Source of the DNA: Eledone cirrhosa
Lineage: Eukaryota
Direction: 5' to 3'
Length of the DNA: 64,000 nucleotides
Assembly: GCA_964016885.1 (NCBI GenBank)
Contig: OZ024749.1
Location: 50,778,001 to 50,842,000 of the forward strand
Under the pieces are notes generated by a model. The model was not told the origin of the DNA. It was given only the letters and a program-made list of their open reading frames with translations, and did not search any database. Within the stretch, counting starts at the first letter, position 1; every line of letters starts with the position of its first letter. The translations under genes were made by a program, and so were the position numbers. Below are positions 58,925-64,000 of this stretch, piece by piece.

Positions 58925-59140
58925 ATTGATTGTAGACAGAAGGCGGACTATAGGTGGGGAATTCATAATCGAGTAAATTGATCCTAGTGCATTACTAGTG
59001 CTTTATTTTATCTAGCCCGTAAGAATAAAATTCAAAGCTAACATCGGCGAGATTTGAACTCAGAACGTAAAGTGCCGACACTCTATGCCCCACGGAGCAT
59101 GTTGACCGAACCTCTGCCGATAACTCTTAATCGCCCACCC
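58925..59140 (-). mobile_element. Diverged long-subfamily Meta-domain SINE
   Basis: cggcgagatttgaactcagaacgtaaa; ctttattttatc. Confidence 0.75.
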
Positions 59141-60146
59141 ATATCTGTTTAATATGATAGGAAAACAGGAGAATATATATTCTTCACCTACACCATGTAA
59201 TGCATAAATCATTGCCTCAGATACTATTAAATCCCTCGTCATAATTATCATTCACATGGCTGTCTTACTCGTCATACGTATCACCATCATCATCATCATC
59301 AAATATGCAATTACGCTCATTGGAGGTTATTGCCAAAAGTCTTAAAAGAAATTGACAAAATAGAAACTCATATACAATGAAGAAATGTAACAGATTTTAA
59401 ATATAATTTTCTAAAGAACTCAGTTTTTTTTTCTTCATCTATTTTTAGTGTTATTTTCTCTATATACATACGTATACATGCCTCTGTAAATATAGAGAGT
59501 CTTTGTTTTTCAATTCTGAAAAGAAAAGCCAAGTGGATACAAGTGTTAATTGAAGCCAAGCGTAAAGTTTTGGAAATCTTAAAATATTAAGAAAAAGATG
59601 TGATGCTAAGCAGAAGAATATTACAAAAGAAAACTCATATTAGGTTCTCTCATGCATGAAATGAAATCGAATATTTTGAATTCTGTTATCAAAGTTATTG
59701 TGTAAAACTGAATGGCTCAATGTGCTTTGTTTTGCTTTGTCTGACCAGCCTGATGCACAATACAAATTATTTGAATAATCTTTCCTAAAAGAGAACGAAA
59801 TGTAGTATAACTAATATCTAATCGTATGAGGAATACTTTCTTAACAAACAAATAATATATTTTAAAAAAAACATGTTCTATAAAAACAAATCTTGTAAGA
59901 GTTTACAGCATATAAATCATAAAAAAAATAATATGGTAATTATTTCGTATTTCTATAAATGTATGAGAATATGTATGCTGGACATTGAGATTGGCTGTGG
60001 TTATGAACCTATGCGTATATGTACGTGAGAGAAAGCGTACGTTTGTCTGTGTTGCTATTAGTGCAGTTGTTGTTCCTGACAAAATCTTATTATTATTATT
60101 GTTATTATTTGTATGCATGTGTCTATCTTTCTACCTATAATAATAA

Positions 60147-60234
60147 GCGAGAGGAATTCAAACCATCGACCTAAGGATGACAACTCCCTATAACAAACAA
60201 CAGTCCTCCGCTCTACCTACTGAGCAATCACGGA
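60147..60234 (-). pseudogene. Intron-containing tRNA-Tyr-derived pseudogene (anticodon reads GTT, acceptor 3' strand incomplete)
   Basis: Minus strand tccgtgattgctcagtaggtagagcggaggact-GTT-g-[19 nt]-atccttaggtcgatggtttgaattcctctcgc matches the eukaryotic tRNA-Tyr body with an intron after position 37. Confidence 0.8.
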
Positions 60235-60502
60235 CATACTGCTTACCATCGTATTTAACATTGATGATATGATTTAGGAAAGCGTGAATGAACAGCGTTT
60301 ATAGATATTCATTATTCAATGTGTTTTTTTTTTTTTGCACGGTATAGGTAGAAATATATGGTTTTCTCATTTAAGGGTAGTAATAATAGGGTGATTTATA
60401 AGATATTTAGGAGAGTATACTTCATTGACTTATGAAGTCATAGTATAAACATTGGACAAAGAGTCTTATGGTAATATTTCTGCCGGTGTCTTTGCTCTGC
60501 GT

Positions 60503-60503
60503 T

Positions 60504-60577
<74 letters not shown>

Positions 60578-60599
60578 GCTACTACTACTACTGCTGCTG

Positions 60600-60650
<51 letters not shown>

Positions 60651-60672
60651 CTGCTGTTGTTGTTGTTGTTGC
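60503..60672 (+). repeat. (CTA)n microsatellite
   Basis: Directly visible. Confidence 0.95.
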
Positions 60673-60975
60673 ACTTCTGATGATGACAATTATGAAGATA
60701 TAATTGTAGTTGCTGTAGATGTTCCTGGTACATCCTCTATTTATTAAAGAGAAGAAATGAATCTACGGTTGACTAGAACCTACAGAAACCAATGAGCAAT
60801 ATCAAATACTAACAAATGCTACAGGGGAAAGACGAAGATATAGTGATTATTGCACAAATCATGGCCGATACTGTTACACATTTAATAACGTGATTCTCTA
60901 TTTCGAGCCCTTAACCTTCGTGATACCATGGAAGCCAGGAACCTTTCAGTCACCCGTCATATACTTCGAATGTGG

Positions 60976-61028
<53 letters not shown>

Positions 61029-61215
61029 GTACATGTGTAAAACTGCTCAAGATGTTTACATGAATATTAAAGATATTAAAACTAACTTCTTTCAGATCTC
61101 AAAATGTTGTATTGATATATATAGACGGACAAATCCATCGGTTGTCATACGATAGTATATTTGAAATCATTTGGTTTCTTCTTATATATTTCGTATCATT
61201 TATCCCTTATTTAAT

Positions 61216-61380
61216 TGTTTCCACTTATGGCACAAGGCAAGCAATTATTCCTATGCATTGCTGGTACTTTATTTTATCGACTCCTTAAGGATGAAAGGCA
61301 AAGTTAACCTCGGTAGTATTTTAACTCAAACCGTAAATGGGTATAACTCTATGCTACAAAGCATGGTGTCCGACCCTCTA
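61216..61380 (-). mobile_element. Meta-domain SINE
   Basis: Reverse complement of the consensus, head truncated. Confidence 0.85.
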
Positions 61381-62358
61381 TTTTAATGATATAAAGTTAG
61401 ATGTTATATTCCTGATATATAAATTTATATCAGATATATTTAGAGATACACATAACATTCTTTTCTATATCAGTTTAGAATATATTCCTAATTATTTCTA
61501 ACTTGTCATTCTTTGGATTTTCAGTTGTTTTTTGAAGATAGGTTTTTATTCACATTTCATTTTACACGATGCTAAGCATTTCATTCTTTAATTCAGCTAA
61601 ATTCTGTTTAGGTTTCACCATCGGTTTCATATTTCTCAAACATTTCCTCCTCAAATGTTCATTATTTCATTTCTTTTTATCCATTCTTCTAACGTCCAAC
61701 TGCGTTTCAATTACCCTTTATTCTCCTGATTTATTACTTTTCTCACCATCTGAGATCTTTTGTTAATTAGCAAAACACGAAGAGAAATCAGCAACATAAA
61801 GGTATGAAGCAAATAACCTCCTGGCGTGTTATCTCAACACTCCAAAATCACAACTATTATTTGACGAAATATGGCGACGGGGTTGCATAAAAATGATAGT
61901 AAAATATAAAGATGTATTAATTAACTGTCAGACAGCTATTGTGATTGATTTAAAATTTAAACAAATGTCACCTTGCTTTCCTTTTTATTTCCTTGAAAGC
62001 ATTTCCATTTGCAAATAGATCAGATTCAATGTGTGTATCTGACACCTGATAGTTGCTGTTTGGAAGTTGGTAAAATGAAAAAGCAATTTGTTGATGAGAT
62101 GTGTACATGGTATGATACGTCATAATGCCTTCACGTTTATTGTTATTATTACTATTGTTGTTACTATTATAGAAATAAGTATTATTATTTTAATTATTTT
62201 AATTATTTCTACGAAAATTGCATACACGTTTATACGTCTACACTTGTTGCAACTATGTACTCTAGTGGTTTGTTTTGCATTGCATTACATCTTGTGTTAT
62301 TGCGGATGTTATTTAAGTATTGTTTGGTTTGAACGTAGTATATATAACGTGATAAACG

Positions 62359-62860
62359 TGGTGAATTAGCAGAGACATTAGAACACTGGAGAGAAAGATA
62401 TGCGTTATATGTTCCTAGCTATCATACTGTCTTTCTTTCTAGTGATAAATATCGAATGTGAGTAGGAGATTGGCTCTACCTTAATTAAAATCCGATTTCA
62501 CGCCGTGTAATCACTACGGCAGCTCTACATCTCTTACATGTAACGTGAGTTGTGGTATATTAGGTAATCTTTATGTAGGATGTGTGCTGTTTGTAGAGAT
62601 AGTTATATTCGAATTGTGCTAGTGAATGGTTAACACCTGGCGCATATTTGGAATAATGGCTGGAGACTTCGCAGAGAAAATCATTTCGCAGTATTGTTTC
62701 ATACTTTTTAAATTATTGGTTCATATCCCATCGAAGCGAACGTTGCCTTTCATCTGTTTTGGTTCTATAAATTATAGTTCAAGTCAAGTATCGGGGTTGA
62801 TATAATCGATCATATCCTTCGTTCAAAGGAATGGCCCTGTGTCTTAATTAGAAAAAGTTA
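62359..62860 (+). mobile_element. Old SINE apparently split by a ~290-bp insertion
   Basis: Head ggtgaattagcagagacattagaacactgg at ~62360; core ttgcctttcatc...gatataatcga at ~62743-62860. Confidence 0.45.
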
Positions 62861-63102
62861 TGACTTGTTAAATCGTGTTTATGCATTATATCGCTCTGTA
62901 GGTTTGTTGCTTCTTTATCTAATTTGATAATATTTTTTATATGATATTGTTGCTGAACGGGTTCATGTTTTAATTTACTGAAGATAGAACAAAAATTCCC
63001 TTCAACTTCTTGATGGATTTTCTTTTCTTTTATATTCACCATACTCTTTCATGTATTAGAGTATACGTTGCCCATTCATTTCCTAAATATTATGCATTAA
63101 TT

Positions 63103-63186
63103 ACCTTTCATCCTTACGGGGTAGATACAATAAAGTACCAGTAACATACTGAGATAATTACTGGCCTTGTGCCAAAAGTCGAAACA
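63103..63186 (+). mobile_element. 5'-truncated Meta-domain SINE with TSD
   Basis: attaattacct on both sides. Confidence 0.85.
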
Positions 63187-64000
63187 ATTAATTACCTAAA
63201 TAGAGCAGTACATATCTAATTGTAATGGATTTCTTTTTTCTGATGTGTGTGCAAGTTGTAGCTATTATTCTTTGCATTCCCATAACAATTCAGTTAACAA
63301 ACAATTTTGAATATACTAATTATTACGTGCATCTGAAATATATGCTACATTAAGATTACTAGTTTTATATTATTAATTAGACCACCTTTATATATTACAG
63401 AATAAACTTTTGTATATTAAACATGCGCTAGATAGAAAAGATAGATTGGAGAAAAAATCTATCTAATATCGTAATTCTAAGTCATAAACGCTGATTACTA
63501 TTACAAACTACATTTAGCTAAATTATATAATAAATTATTTCCCGTGAGAGAAAAGTGTCAAAATCATATCATCAAACCATATACTGATTTAATTAATTTA
63601 TCTTCTCTCATAGATCACCGTTTTCTCTCATTTTCTTTCAGTGCCTGATTGTTAGAATGCTATAAGTGTTTTTGTTAAATACCTCTATTTTAAAGTTTGT
63701 AAGTTGTTACAGTTAGACCCAGTAATCATTTAATTGAATTCTCCTACGATTAAATGTATCTAATATATAACGACCCTGTTTTGTATGATGGATTCACTGT
63801 TGAGAGTAGCTATTTCTCGTATAGGCCAGAATCACTGAGAGTGATTTTGGTTGACGCTAGTCAGTCGTAGCGATTAATGCAAGGTGACGGTGGAAAGTAG
63901 CAGCAAACATGAGCCCGGAATATATAGATATTATCGGAAAACTACGAGAATTATAACAAGGAATAAAAGTGGCGCACAACGAAAATGCTAGCTTGCATAG

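Overview
AT-rich, microsatellite-dense eukaryotic DNA. The source is inferred to be an octopod cephalopod, because about 20 copies of a tRNA-headed Meta-domain SINE resemble the dominant octopus SINE. No intact protein-coding gene can be supported; nearly all long ORFs are translations of (TA)n, (GA)n, (CA)n, (GGT)n, (GAT)n or (CAA)n arrays. There is a 200-N gap at 31322-31521. The window is a mosaic of mobile-element debris: SINEs (several with TSDs), two copies of an internally deleted RTE element, a CRE-type endonuclease fragment, a mariner-type MITE, decayed Penelope-like (PLE) RT fragments and an intron-containing tRNA-Tyr-derived pseudogene. The most notable signal is about ten minimal type-I hammerhead ribozyme motifs from several unrelated families. 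Three have intact cores and one has a U3/A8 core. At least three families share a fold-back-hairpin-plus-one-sided-tail architecture embedded in (TA)n, with the inversion point at or just 5' of the hammerhead. All calls were made by eye and no search was run.
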